Origin: a virus
Strand: one strand, 5' to 3'
Virus record (IMG/VR): IMGVR_UViG_3300045988_108506
Coordinates: 1 to 64,000 of that record
DNA length: 64,000 bases
The notes below the pieces were generated by a model. That model ran no database searches, was not told where the DNA came from, and saw nothing but the letters and a program-made list of their open reading frames with translations. Each line of letters starts with the position of its first letter. The first letter of the stretch is position 1. Shown here piece by piece: positions 47,388 through 57,244 of the stretch. The position numbers and the translations under genes are program-made.

Positions 47388-47556
47388 ACAACCAGAGGTG
47401 GGATCTCGTTGTTCATTGTTTCTGGAACAAAGATAGGAACAGGATTTTAAATAACAAATATTTTAATACTTTTTAAAACAAACCAGGGCCCGCATCACTG
47501 CGAACCCTGATCTACACTAATCTAAACTAATACCATGAAAAACTTAAATCTAAAAA

Positions 47557-47790
47557 CTAAAGAACACACAAATGTATGAAAATGTATGGTTTTCGCAAAG
47601 AATCTGTATCCTGTTCTTTTGTGTGATTCAAGACATGGGATATAGTTCTGATACTTAATCCGGTTTGATTTTGTATCAGATTATAAATATAGGATTTTGA
47701 AACTACAGTTCTTAATTGACCTAAATCATTCATAATGTTTTTATACATAAGATGAATGCTGTTATTACGTTTGATGGTACTGATTCTCAT
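47557..47790 (-). CDS. doubtful small ORF (77 aa) in the AT-rich gap
   Basis: Six-frame ORF only. Confidence 0.2.
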   Translation of the reverse strand: MRISTIKRNNSIHLMYKNIMNDLGQLRTVVSKSYIYNLIQNQTGLSIRTISHVLNHTKEQDTDSLRKPYIFIHLCVL

Positions 47791-48015
47791 TTCCTACCGT
47801 TATTAGTTACGTTCTGTTCTTACTTTTCCCTATTTTCTATAATCCCTTCCTGAAACTAATATTGCAAACTTAATAAAAATAATTCATAAACAATGAAAAT
47901 CTAACTTTTCTTGTATGTTATTGATATACGTGCATATATGAGAAAAGTGAGACTTTCACAAGCCTCACTTCCCAAATCGTAATTATGAAAAAACTATATT
48001 ATATATATACAAAAA

Positions 48016-50274
48016 TTATTTGCATTCCAATTTATTAAGATCATCCAATTCAGACTTGCTTACGGTCATGTCTTGCGTCAAGCCAGATCTGTTTTGGTAT
48101 GGAGCGTAATCGGTTTCTACCGTCTTAGCCTTCTGAGTAGAATCGTATTTCACCTCTGATTCGGTTCCTGTCAGATTTTGGTAGATAGAGCCGGAACTAC
48201 TCTCGCTTACTTTAGACCATATCTTATTACCTACTCTTATAAAATTATCATAAATACCTTCGGCTGTTATAACACCATCTTGCTCTACGATATTAGGGCC
48301 CGATTTTTCTTTTAACAAATACGGGTGCCTGGTGTAAAAATAGTGTTCAAAATCATTCCCGGCATACGAAGGGTCATACTTCTCCAAATAAAACAATTCT
48401 GATAAAGAAGGGTCGGTACTGGTCATGCTATAATCAAACAACATCAACCTGTCTTTTCCAGATAAAGATAATTCTATTGATTTCAAAATATCAGGATCAT
48501 CAGAAATAAGGCCCAAAGATGGACCAGGTTTGAAGTCAAGATACTTATAGGCATTATCATATAATTTTGTTTTATGGAGTTTGTTGTCAAGGTAAGATTG
48601 GTATAAATCGAATAAGGATAATGGGTTTTCGCTATCTTGTTTTTTGTTCATGTATCGACTATACTCCCGATCCACATCCACGTAAGGAACGTCAAGTACC
48701 GCCGGGTGTCCAAACGCCATCCTGGTCATTATCATGTCCTCCGTGTTCTGAGAATCCATGAACGATCTGACGTATTTTTTAATGGAAGCCATGAGCGTAT
48801 TATTATCTACGTTCCGTACTTTCTCTTTATCCAAAACGCCGTTCTTAAAACAAGATTCAGGATATATTTTAGTAGAAAAATGAGTTAGGTTGTGCTTGGC
48901 TAACACTGTTGATATTTGATACATCTCGTTAAGATCATCTTTGCTGATCCTTTGATATAGATTATCTCCTACCTTAAGCAATGAATGTTTCTCAAATGCC
49001 TCTACTGGGTCTATATCGGATTCAGAATAAACGATATTCAAATTATCCATATACTCCGGTAATAATCCAAAATAATAATCTGTGCTATCACCAAGAACAT
49101 CATCTATAGAAGATGCCAGCGTTGGAGCATAATTTACATCATTATGCCTGGCCACATAAATATCAAGATCCAGCATCAAATTATCTATCTTATTCAAAGA
49201 TTCTTCTGTGCCATCATAAGTTTCCGATGTCCCTATTATATCTATGCCAAACCACGTACAAGCCTCTTCTATATCCCATATCATGCTTCTTAAATCGGAT
49301 TCGGTGTCGGCATTAGCCCTATGTAAATAAGCCGATATACGAGCTCTTAGGAACTCTATTTTGCCAGGATTGTAATAAGACAGATCTTGTAGCTTAGACA
49401 AGGATCTTCTCTTGCCTTCTACCACATCATCCCCTTCTATGTTTATTACCGGAATCTTATTCGTAGATGAGAACTCATCAAACATAGATTCGGCAAATTC
49501 TTTATCAGAAACGAATTTCTCAACCAGTTCAGGGTATGAGTTTCTCAACGATTCAAAAGCAGATGAAAATTCAGAAAAGTTTTTTATGCCGGCTACTGTT
49601 TTGCCCATAGCCCAATAAAGCTCAGAAGGATTATATGGTACTTTTTTACCAAATTGGTTAAACACTCCCTCCTTGTAAACAATAGGACCATACTGATAGT
49701 CAACAGACATAAAATAATTATCCTTTTCCCTATCATGTTCGTTAATAGAAGAATCTATTAACTTTCTCATGGAAGTCGAAACCTCGTTTAAAACAGAAGG
49801 ATCGGATAAAATACGACTTATTTCTGTTTCATCATACAAACCGGATCTCCTTAATTTCTGCTCATTCAGTATCAAACTGCCATCTACATAAAAATCGAAG
49901 AGGATAGCATTAGACAATGAAGACGCATTGAAAAAATAATGAGTAGACAAAAGGAAATCCCTTACATCCTTAATGTCCTGAGCCGTTAAAGGATCAGCAA
50001 AATAAGTCTGACGCTTCATATACGACAGCACGTCTTCTAAAAGAGGTTCGCCATTGGGATCGGTATTAAACATCTCCCCTGGAGCCGGGTTGTTCCAATG
50101 ACCGTAATACGACAAAAAACCAGGAGTGTAAGCCTTAGCCCATACCTGAAGGGCCCGCTCGCTGTTTCCTAATACTTTTAAAGCACTTTCGTAAAGAACG
50201 GAAGGCTCCCCGTTAGGAGCCTTAACCCGTTTTATTTCATTTTCCTTTTTTTCTATCTGACATTTGACACCCAT
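48016..50274 (-). CDS. large virion/structural-candidate protein (752 aa); function unknown
   Basis: Long uninterrupted ORF in the late-gene block. A TAACTTTG -7-like element about 20 nt upstream of its ATG. Confidence 0.7.
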   Translation of the reverse strand: MGVKCQIEKKENEIKRVKAPNGEPSVLYESALKVLGNSERALQVWAKAYTPGFLSYYGHWNNPAPGEMFNTDPNGEPLLEDVLSYMKRQTYFADPLTAQDIKDVRDFLLSTHYFFNASSLSNAILFDFYVDGSLILNEQKLRRSGLYDETEISRILSDPSVLNEVSTSMRKLIDSSINEHDREKDNYFMSVDYQYGPIVYKEGVFNQFGKKVPYNPSELYWAMGKTVAGIKNFSEFSSAFESLRNSYPELVEKFVSDKEFAESMFDEFSSTNKIPVINIEGDDVVEGKRRSLSKLQDLSYYNPGKIEFLRARISAYLHRANADTESDLRSMIWDIEEACTWFGIDIIGTSETYDGTEESLNKIDNLMLDLDIYVARHNDVNYAPTLASSIDDVLGDSTDYYFGLLPEYMDNLNIVYSESDIDPVEAFEKHSLLKVGDNLYQRISKDDLNEMYQISTVLAKHNLTHFSTKIYPESCFKNGVLDKEKVRNVDNNTLMASIKKYVRSFMDSQNTEDMIMTRMAFGHPAVLDVPYVDVDREYSRYMNKKQDSENPLSLFDLYQSYLDNKLHKTKLYDNAYKYLDFKPGPSLGLISDDPDILKSIELSLSGKDRLMLFDYSMTSTDPSLSELFYLEKYDPSYAGNDFEHYFYTRHPYLLKEKSGPNIVEQDGVITAEGIYDNFIRVGNKIWSKVSESSSGSIYQNLTGTESEVKYDSTQKAKTVETDYAPYQNRSGLTQDMTVSKSELDDLNKLECK

Positions 50275-50300
50275 TGTAATTAACTTTTTTGCAAAGTTAA

Positions 50301-50840
50301 TTATAAAACCGACTTATACAATGACGGATCCCAAATTCCTTCTATATAAATCTCCGGAAAACTCAAACTGCCATCACGAAGAGTGGTGACTTCCAAGCTG
50401 GGAATGTTGAAAACAGTACTGGTATCACCAAACCCACCATTCAACTTGATAGCATTTCCGCTGTTATTAGCCTCATAATAAAAATAACAATAATTTTCAT
50501 TAATGCTTGGATCATATTCGTACCAATATGTTAGATCTTGTATATGATCTTCTTTGTTACCAATTTTGTTTTCACCTAATATAAAAATACCATTATTGCT
50601 ATGATTATAAACCATAGATTCATAACCACCATGATTCCAATCACTATTAAACATTATGTAACTAACATCAGAATCATGATCTTTTAATACAGGTCCTATA
50701 TGTATATGAATTTTATTAAACTGACATACATAAGGTCTTTTTCCTCCAAGCCTTTTTATATCTTCATTGGATAACTTATTATAACATCCTCCCACGAAAT
50801 TATCCGCAGCATTAAAAAATCTCCTTCTCATACTCAACAC
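50301..50840 (-). CDS. hypothetical protein (179 aa)
   Basis: Six-frame ORF. 7-nt overlap with the upstream giant gene. Confidence 0.6.
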   Translation of the reverse strand: MLSMRRRFFNAADNFVGGCYNKLSNEDIKRLGGKRPYVCQFNKIHIHIGPVLKDHDSDVSYIMFNSDWNHGGYESMVYNHSNNGIFILGENKIGNKEDHIQDLTYWYEYDPSINENYCYFYYEANNSGNAIKLNGGFGDTSTVFNIPSLEVTTLRDGSLSFPEIYIEGIWDPSLYKSVL

Positions 50841-53800
50841 TCCTTATTTAACTCATTTATCGAATCCGAATTATCAGAACCTTCTACGAGATTCTTATTC
50901 CTATCTATCTCTTCCTGACTCATGTTACTCATCATATTTTGTATTTTTCTACCAGATTGAGATAAAGAGCGGATGAATGCACTGGAACTTATCTTAACTC
51001 CAAGATCCGGTTTTGCCCTAAACGCTTCACCGGTACTGATATTATACAAATCATACACACCTGAGTTCATATAGAATTTATATATCCAGTTTCCACCAGC
51101 TTTTTTGTACCCTAATTTGGTTAACTCGACTACACTCATACCAAATTTAATGCCATTACGACCCATTATCTTCTCAGGTATCTGTTCTACCTTAGCCGGA
51201 ACAGATGTATATGCTTCATCACCGCCGTACAGAAAATAAGGGGTTGTTACCCTTGATATGTGAGTAAGCGGTTCTTCGGATATACGAGGTTCGTCTTTTT
51301 CTATTTCTCCTTTTGTAGATCCAGGTAATTCGACATTTCCTTCAACTTCGACATTTGTTCTGGATTGTCCTTTGCCTTCTCCATCTCCCTTTTTATCGCC
51401 ATCTTCCTCAGTGCGTACTGCACCGCCTTCTGCACTTCCTTCTTTTCCATCATTTAAAATATTATCTGATTCTGACTCTATAGACTCCACAACAGCATCA
51501 TACTCTGGTATGCCGCTAAGGAAATCTGCTACGTTATTCAAAAACTCTATTTTTTCCTCGTTTGTCATATCAAGGCTTTCCACGGGCCTCCATATGGCAG
51601 GCAAGTTGTTTGATTTTATTGCAGTAGAAACATCTTCTACAGTTTTATTATCCACCGTAGGCAAAACTTTAGAAACCAAACTATTGATATCAGATTCCAT
51701 TTTTTCTACTTCCTCTTTTGTGCCATATTCTTTTAGGGTATCCATGCCATTGACTCTAAGAGAATAATTTAAAGCCTTACTTGGAACAAAATTAATATAT
51801 TTCAAAAAGTTTTCCAACTCTGATATAATTTGTTCATCAGATCTTGGACCAACATAATCAACCACCACCTGATCTGTTTGAGAACGAAGCCAAGAAATGT
51901 ATTCTTCTAAAGTCTTACCACCTTTACTGGAAGGAGTGGATATTTTATCACCTACTGTTCCTTTAGGTTCTAATCCCATTTCCTCCTTAAGACTTTTAGG
52001 ATTACCTCTCTCACGAAGAAACCTCAAATCACCTCCTACAATCTTCCTTGCTATAAAATCAAAAATATTAGCATAAGGCGGCAATCCCTCTTTTTCTATA
52101 TGAGATTCTATTTCGTTTAACATAAGAGAGAAGTTTTTCCTGGAGGTACGCTTCTTGCCAGGTAAAGACTGCGCATCTTGTGCCGCAGGAGCCGGCTGAG
52201 CTAATGGCGCCGTCTGAGTCTCCCGGGCAGCCCCTTCCTCTGGCATTTCCTCTTCATAAACATCCACGTATTCTTTAGAAGTAACGGTCTTACCCTCATC
52301 AGAGAAAGGAAGATCATCCTCTATAAGTGATTTAGGTCTGGAAGATGATTTACCAAACTGAATCCTGATCTTAGGAGCGACAAACATCTCACCTTCGAAA
52401 TCTATTCCAGATTCTACTTCAGACGTCACAATGTCTTTCACATTCCTGCTTTCATCTTCTACCCATTTAACAACATCAGGAACCGTAGATAATTTTTCTA
52501 TAGCCTCACGAGCTTTTCTAAGCCCTGAAATAGGATTCAAATACGATACTTGATACGAAGCCGGATCAAGGCCTAACTTGGTTAGATACGCATTAAGATC
52601 TTGTATATCATCTTGACCCATCTGTAGCAATTCAGAATCACCGGATTCAAGCAGCATATCTATAAAAGACATCCATTTCCGCCCTTCCTCTGATTCCACA
52701 GAACGCAGGCTAACTGGGAAAAGATAATTAAGACCGTTTTTACCTTTGATGACAACTACCGGAACTCTTACATTTTTGTAATTATTCCCCTTGTCATTTA
52801 ATATAGAATAAGCAAATGGGAAGCCTGTGTATTTAGATCCGTTCTTAAGCACGACTTTGCCATTTAATACATATCCGACATCAGATACTTTTTCAGCACC
52901 TTTTTCGGTAATAGGGAGATTTTCTACCTGGCCATATCCTTGACCGTTCACCTTCATGTTAAACACCGGTCTTCCGGGAAGGGTCTGGGCAACAACATGC
53001 GTGCCGACGCCGATGGTAGCCGACCGGCCGGCGTCCTTCTTCCACTTGTTAAAAGCCGTTCTTCTTATCTTACTTATACCATCTATGCCTCCTGTGTCAG
53101 CTTTTACAACAGAAACGAATCTGTTTCCACTCATGACCTTGATAACCATATTGGACACCAGTTTATTCTCAGCAGATTCTATTCTTTTTTTATCGCCGGA
53201 CTGAACAGCATCATTGTATTCGGCAAAAAGAGACTGATTATAGGTATCATTTACATCTATTTCGAGATTAACCTTATCTCCTTTTTTCAAAGAAGATAAT
53301 GCTTCCTGATCTATTTTATCTACCTCATTATCTCCGAATCCGACACCCGTTCTGTACGGAACCAACTCATCTGAATCAAGACGCTTATAAACCAAAGAAT
53401 AGGAATTACCCACGTCCTGAATAGACACATCTGTGTAGCGATTAAGAACACGAGCCGATTCTTTGTCTATAGACCATCTCGCATGATAAGGAAGTTCTAT
53501 CACGGTAGCCGTTTCTCCACCTATGTTAAGGAAATACCTTTTAGTTCCATTAGCGTTCGTTTCAGAACTTATTTGAATAGGAACCAATGATTTTATTGAA
53601 GATATAAATTTATCGGCTCTAAGACCTGCAATTTCATACCTTTCATTGCCGTCATTGGAGATTCTTCTCACCATCAACGTCTCTGGATTCTGGGCGCTAT
53701 CTATATTGGCTCCTGGCGTATTATCGGATTCATCTAACTCATTTACAAGAGAATCTATATTAGCATCATCTTCCCCAAAATTACTCAACGTAGATTCAGA

Positions 53801-56800
53801 GATACGACCTTTGTCAATAATCCTGTTTTGTTCAACATAAGGAAGGAGATCCGTGATGTTTCCAACCTGGCCAAGATCTTCTATGGTAAATACCGAATCA
53901 GCAAGCTTATCTTCGTCAACTTTCTCCCCTTTGTCCCGTCTGTTCATTATATCCACATACGAAGAAATAGCATCATCAAGTTCCTGCCTTTGATCTGGTT
54001 CCAAATTTGATTTAGCCATATCAATAATGATCTTATTGTCCTCATACACAGATCGAGGTTCAGTAAGTCTCTTAACTTTATCCGATAAATCTTTTATCAT
54101 CTTAGCCGGACTATCACCAAGATATGATATATAATCATCAATATCCTGTTTATACTTTTCATATATCTCCTTCTCCCTTGGAGATAAAAGATCTTGATTA
54201 CCTGTATATATCTTATCTACGATACGTTCTCTAACCTCTATAGGTGCAGACAAAAGATCTTTCATTGCCAACTCATAATCAAAATCAGACAATATATCCT
54301 CTTTCGGCTTCTGAGTTATACCATCGTTTAGATGACCAAATACTTTCATGGTAAATGCTTCATCTAAATTTATTTCTCCATTATTCAGAAGTTCATCTAT
54401 TTTTTCATCCAAACTGACATTATTACCCTCTGTCTGATAAAAACGATCACTTTCTATAGATTCAGTATTAGAAGATACCATATCATTTAAGAACTTAGAA
54501 AATAAAGAAAAATCATGTCTCATGAATTTCTTATCCTGTATGGAGTTCATAAATGACCGTAAAACCTTATATTGGGTAATGGCTTGCTGATATTTCACAA
54601 CCATATTTCTTAAATCCTCTGCTTCTTTCTTTCCTTTATTATTCTCAATATAAGTACTTAAAGAAGCTACGGAGTCATAAGCCTTCAATATATCTTCAGC
54701 AGTTATCGTTTCAGATTTAAACAACTCAAGAGCTAATACTCCAGGATCAAAAGAATAAAATACTTCTTTATAACTACTAAGAAGTTCTTCTGACAACCTT
54801 CTATATTCCTTATTAAGATTATCGTATTTAATAGTTTTTTGTTTTATAGCCTCTGCTTCGGTATCATTGCCATCCTCTACTCTTCTCGGAGTTGTAGCCA
54901 ACCTCTCTATTTCAGCATTCAGATCATTGATCTCATTACGCAATTCCCTTAACTGATTAGCTGTATCAAAAGCTTGACTTGATAATGAATAAAACGTATT
55001 TATATCATCAAACAAATTATTGTCATTTACATAATCAGCAATATCATTTGATGCTTCCATTGCTATATCCTCTGCATCCAACCCCTTAAAAACAGCATTA
55101 GCAACATTAGATCGATAAAGATCAGATGAAGTCTCAGCAGTAATAGCCTCAGCAAAAGAAGAAGCTTTTTTATAATTGGCTAACTTCTTATCAAAATCTT
55201 TTATAATATCTTCCTTATATTTTTTGACAGTTTCTTCATCTACTTTCATTTCAGAAGCCAACTCACTTTCGTCAAGGCTTTTAACCATTGACCTGAAATT
55301 GTTAGCCGTATCCTCTAACATTCCCATTCTGTCAGATAATTCAAATTTAGAATAATAATCTGATTCAGGATCATTCATTTGAGCATTAAATTCGGCTAAA
55401 TTTCGCATAGAGTCTTTTACAGATTGAGAAGTAAAAGCATTATTACTATTAAATTTCTCAACATCAGTATTAATAGTACGTTCTTTATTTCTCCTTTCAT
55501 ATAAACCAAAAGCACCATTTCTGGCTCCAAATAAACCACCAATCAGGGATCCTATACCAATCTCTTTCAATCCTTCTTTGGTTGTAAATTGTTCAGCTAT
55601 GGCCTTAGAAAAAGAATCAACTATAGAAGACGTAGCATCAAGATACGTCTTATCATATCTTGATCTAATAAAATCTTCCCCCATGCGCTGAGCAACACCT
55701 TGCATGCCTTCCTCCCATACGCCTTCAGATATGGGCCTTTTAGACACATTCCAGACAGTAGCTAAGGATTTCTGGAATAAATTTGCTTTTAATGTCTGTA
55801 ACCTTCCAGCATCACCCGCTACCTTCTTAGTTCCTAATCCAAACAAATAACGATCTATAAAACTATTTGATCCTCCATATGTATCTGATACACCCTTTAA
55901 TCCAGGTATGTATTTAGAAGCAAAACCAGTGTCTACTCCAAGATATTTTCCCAGAAGGAGATAATTGGATAATCCAACTATACCCATATTGGCTAAAAAT
56001 ATGCTGTTTGCTGTATCGGAAATAGAACTCTTAAATTCAGCCATCTCGGACTGATTAGGATTCCGACCATACATATTTTTAAAATATTCTTTGTATTTAC
56101 TTTCAGAGTCTTTCATGAAGGACTGAGCTTCCACAGCAGACTCCCAGCCGGCTCCCACGAACGTATTTACTCCTACCTTGGCCATATTGCCGATAGCTCT
56201 GCCGTACATCGCTCCTGCTCTATACGCTCCAAAAGCGGATTTTACAGCACTTGCTGCAATCTTAGATGCTGCCATCTTGCCGGCCACTTTCATCCCTACT
56301 TTAGCGCCAACAGCTCCAAGACTTGACACGCCCATCCCACCTGTAAAGTAGACAGACAGAATAGCTCCTGCCATAAACGATAGACCATTTCCAATAACAT
56401 CATTAAAAATAAAATTTGCAGTTCCAAGACTCTGCAAAAATCCCATATCACGCTCTTCTCTTGTATAATAATGAGGAAGAGAGTGGTTTATTCTTTCATC
56501 TATATCATTTATGGTCCGTGTAAAATCATTGTCAAATGCAGAAGATAACGTACCAGTCTTTATAAGATTATACGCAGCCGGGATAATACCTATTACTCCT
56601 GATACACCATATAATGCTGTTTTTGTTACAAGCTTTCCTATGCCATTAACAGCCTTATTCCAAGTAGTTTGCCTTCTTCCGTAATAATCTTCATTATCCC
56701 TTCCTGGCATATAACTTTTAAACTTTGCAAGACCGATGTTTCCATCGGATAAAAAGTCATATGCTTCATCTAACTTAATAGTTCTTCCTTTACCAAATAC

Positions 56801-57241
56801 ACCAAAATCAGCAGCAGATGACTGTTGATTACCAGCTATAACCTCACCATAAGACGTTTGTTTACCAGAATAAGTATTCCTTGATTTATCTTGAATAGAT
56901 TTTATCATGGAATTTAACTTATTATAAGATTCCTCTTTCTTCTTTCTTGGGTCATCTCCACCATTCAGAGCCGATTTTAATCCAGAAAAAGATGTGTCTA
57001 CATCAAAAGAAGTATCTATTCCGCTAATATCAGATCCTTTTTCTGAATCATCATCAGGATTTATGGCTGATACTGGGGGAGTGTATGATCCTACTTTCAT
57101 CCTCTCCATCTCTCTTTTTGCTCCCTCAATAAGAGAAGATTCTTCTTCATATCGCGTAGGAACTCCGGCATTATACCCTCTTAATCCAGTAGATGGTAAG
57201 AACCCTGATTTCTCCACCAATGTCTGTTCCTTATTTTCCAT
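50834..57241 (-). CDS. giant virion-associated protein (2135 aa) with a Gly/Ala-rich hydrophobic region (residues ~200-380) and long coiled-coil/acidic stretches
   Basis: Uninterrupted 6.4-kb ORF. GMGVSSLGAVGAKVGMKVAGKMAASKIAASAVKSAFGAYRAGAMYG looks membrane-active or tape-measure-like. No RNAP DxDGD motif. Confidence 0.8.
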   Translation of the reverse strand: MENKEQTLVEKSGFLPSTGLRGYNAGVPTRYEEESSLIEGAKREMERMKVGSYTPPVSAINPDDDSEKGSDISGIDTSFDVDTSFSGLKSALNGGDDPRKKKEESYNKLNSMIKSIQDKSRNTYSGKQTSYGEVIAGNQQSSAADFGVFGKGRTIKLDEAYDFLSDGNIGLAKFKSYMPGRDNEDYYGRRQTTWNKAVNGIGKLVTKTALYGVSGVIGIIPAAYNLIKTGTLSSAFDNDFTRTINDIDERINHSLPHYYTREERDMGFLQSLGTANFIFNDVIGNGLSFMAGAILSVYFTGGMGVSSLGAVGAKVGMKVAGKMAASKIAASAVKSAFGAYRAGAMYGRAIGNMAKVGVNTFVGAGWESAVEAQSFMKDSESKYKEYFKNMYGRNPNQSEMAEFKSSISDTANSIFLANMGIVGLSNYLLLGKYLGVDTGFASKYIPGLKGVSDTYGGSNSFIDRYLFGLGTKKVAGDAGRLQTLKANLFQKSLATVWNVSKRPISEGVWEEGMQGVAQRMGEDFIRSRYDKTYLDATSSIVDSFSKAIAEQFTTKEGLKEIGIGSLIGGLFGARNGAFGLYERRNKERTINTDVEKFNSNNAFTSQSVKDSMRNLAEFNAQMNDPESDYYSKFELSDRMGMLEDTANNFRSMVKSLDESELASEMKVDEETVKKYKEDIIKDFDKKLANYKKASSFAEAITAETSSDLYRSNVANAVFKGLDAEDIAMEASNDIADYVNDNNLFDDINTFYSLSSQAFDTANQLRELRNEINDLNAEIERLATTPRRVEDGNDTEAEAIKQKTIKYDNLNKEYRRLSEELLSSYKEVFYSFDPGVLALELFKSETITAEDILKAYDSVASLSTYIENNKGKKEAEDLRNMVVKYQQAITQYKVLRSFMNSIQDKKFMRHDFSLFSKFLNDMVSSNTESIESDRFYQTEGNNVSLDEKIDELLNNGEINLDEAFTMKVFGHLNDGITQKPKEDILSDFDYELAMKDLLSAPIEVRERIVDKIYTGNQDLLSPREKEIYEKYKQDIDDYISYLGDSPAKMIKDLSDKVKRLTEPRSVYEDNKIIIDMAKSNLEPDQRQELDDAISSYVDIMNRRDKGEKVDEDKLADSVFTIEDLGQVGNITDLLPYVEQNRIIDKGRISESTLSNFGEDDANIDSLVNELDESDNTPGANIDSAQNPETLMVRRISNDGNERYEIAGLRADKFISSIKSLVPIQISSETNANGTKRYFLNIGGETATVIELPYHARWSIDKESARVLNRYTDVSIQDVGNSYSLVYKRLDSDELVPYRTGVGFGDNEVDKIDQEALSSLKKGDKVNLEIDVNDTYNQSLFAEYNDAVQSGDKKRIESAENKLVSNMVIKVMSGNRFVSVVKADTGGIDGISKIRRTAFNKWKKDAGRSATIGVGTHVVAQTLPGRPVFNMKVNGQGYGQVENLPITEKGAEKVSDVGYVLNGKVVLKNGSKYTGFPFAYSILNDKGNNYKNVRVPVVVIKGKNGLNYLFPVSLRSVESEEGRKWMSFIDMLLESGDSELLQMGQDDIQDLNAYLTKLGLDPASYQVSYLNPISGLRKAREAIEKLSTVPDVVKWVEDESRNVKDIVTSEVESGIDFEGEMFVAPKIRIQFGKSSSRPKSLIEDDLPFSDEGKTVTSKEYVDVYEEEMPEEGAARETQTAPLAQPAPAAQDAQSLPGKKRTSRKNFSLMLNEIESHIEKEGLPPYANIFDFIARKIVGGDLRFLRERGNPKSLKEEMGLEPKGTVGDKISTPSSKGGKTLEEYISWLRSQTDQVVVDYVGPRSDEQIISELENFLKYINFVPSKALNYSLRVNGMDTLKEYGTKEEVEKMESDINSLVSKVLPTVDNKTVEDVSTAIKSNNLPAIWRPVESLDMTNEEKIEFLNNVADFLSGIPEYDAVVESIESESDNILNDGKEGSAEGGAVRTEEDGDKKGDGEGKGQSRTNVEVEGNVELPGSTKGEIEKDEPRISEEPLTHISRVTTPYFLYGGDEAYTSVPAKVEQIPEKIMGRNGIKFGMSVVELTKLGYKKAGGNWIYKFYMNSGVYDLYNISTGEAFRAKPDLGVKISSSAFIRSLSQSGRKIQNMMSNMSQEEIDRNKNLVEGSDNSDSINELNKEC

Positions 57242-57244
57242 ATA

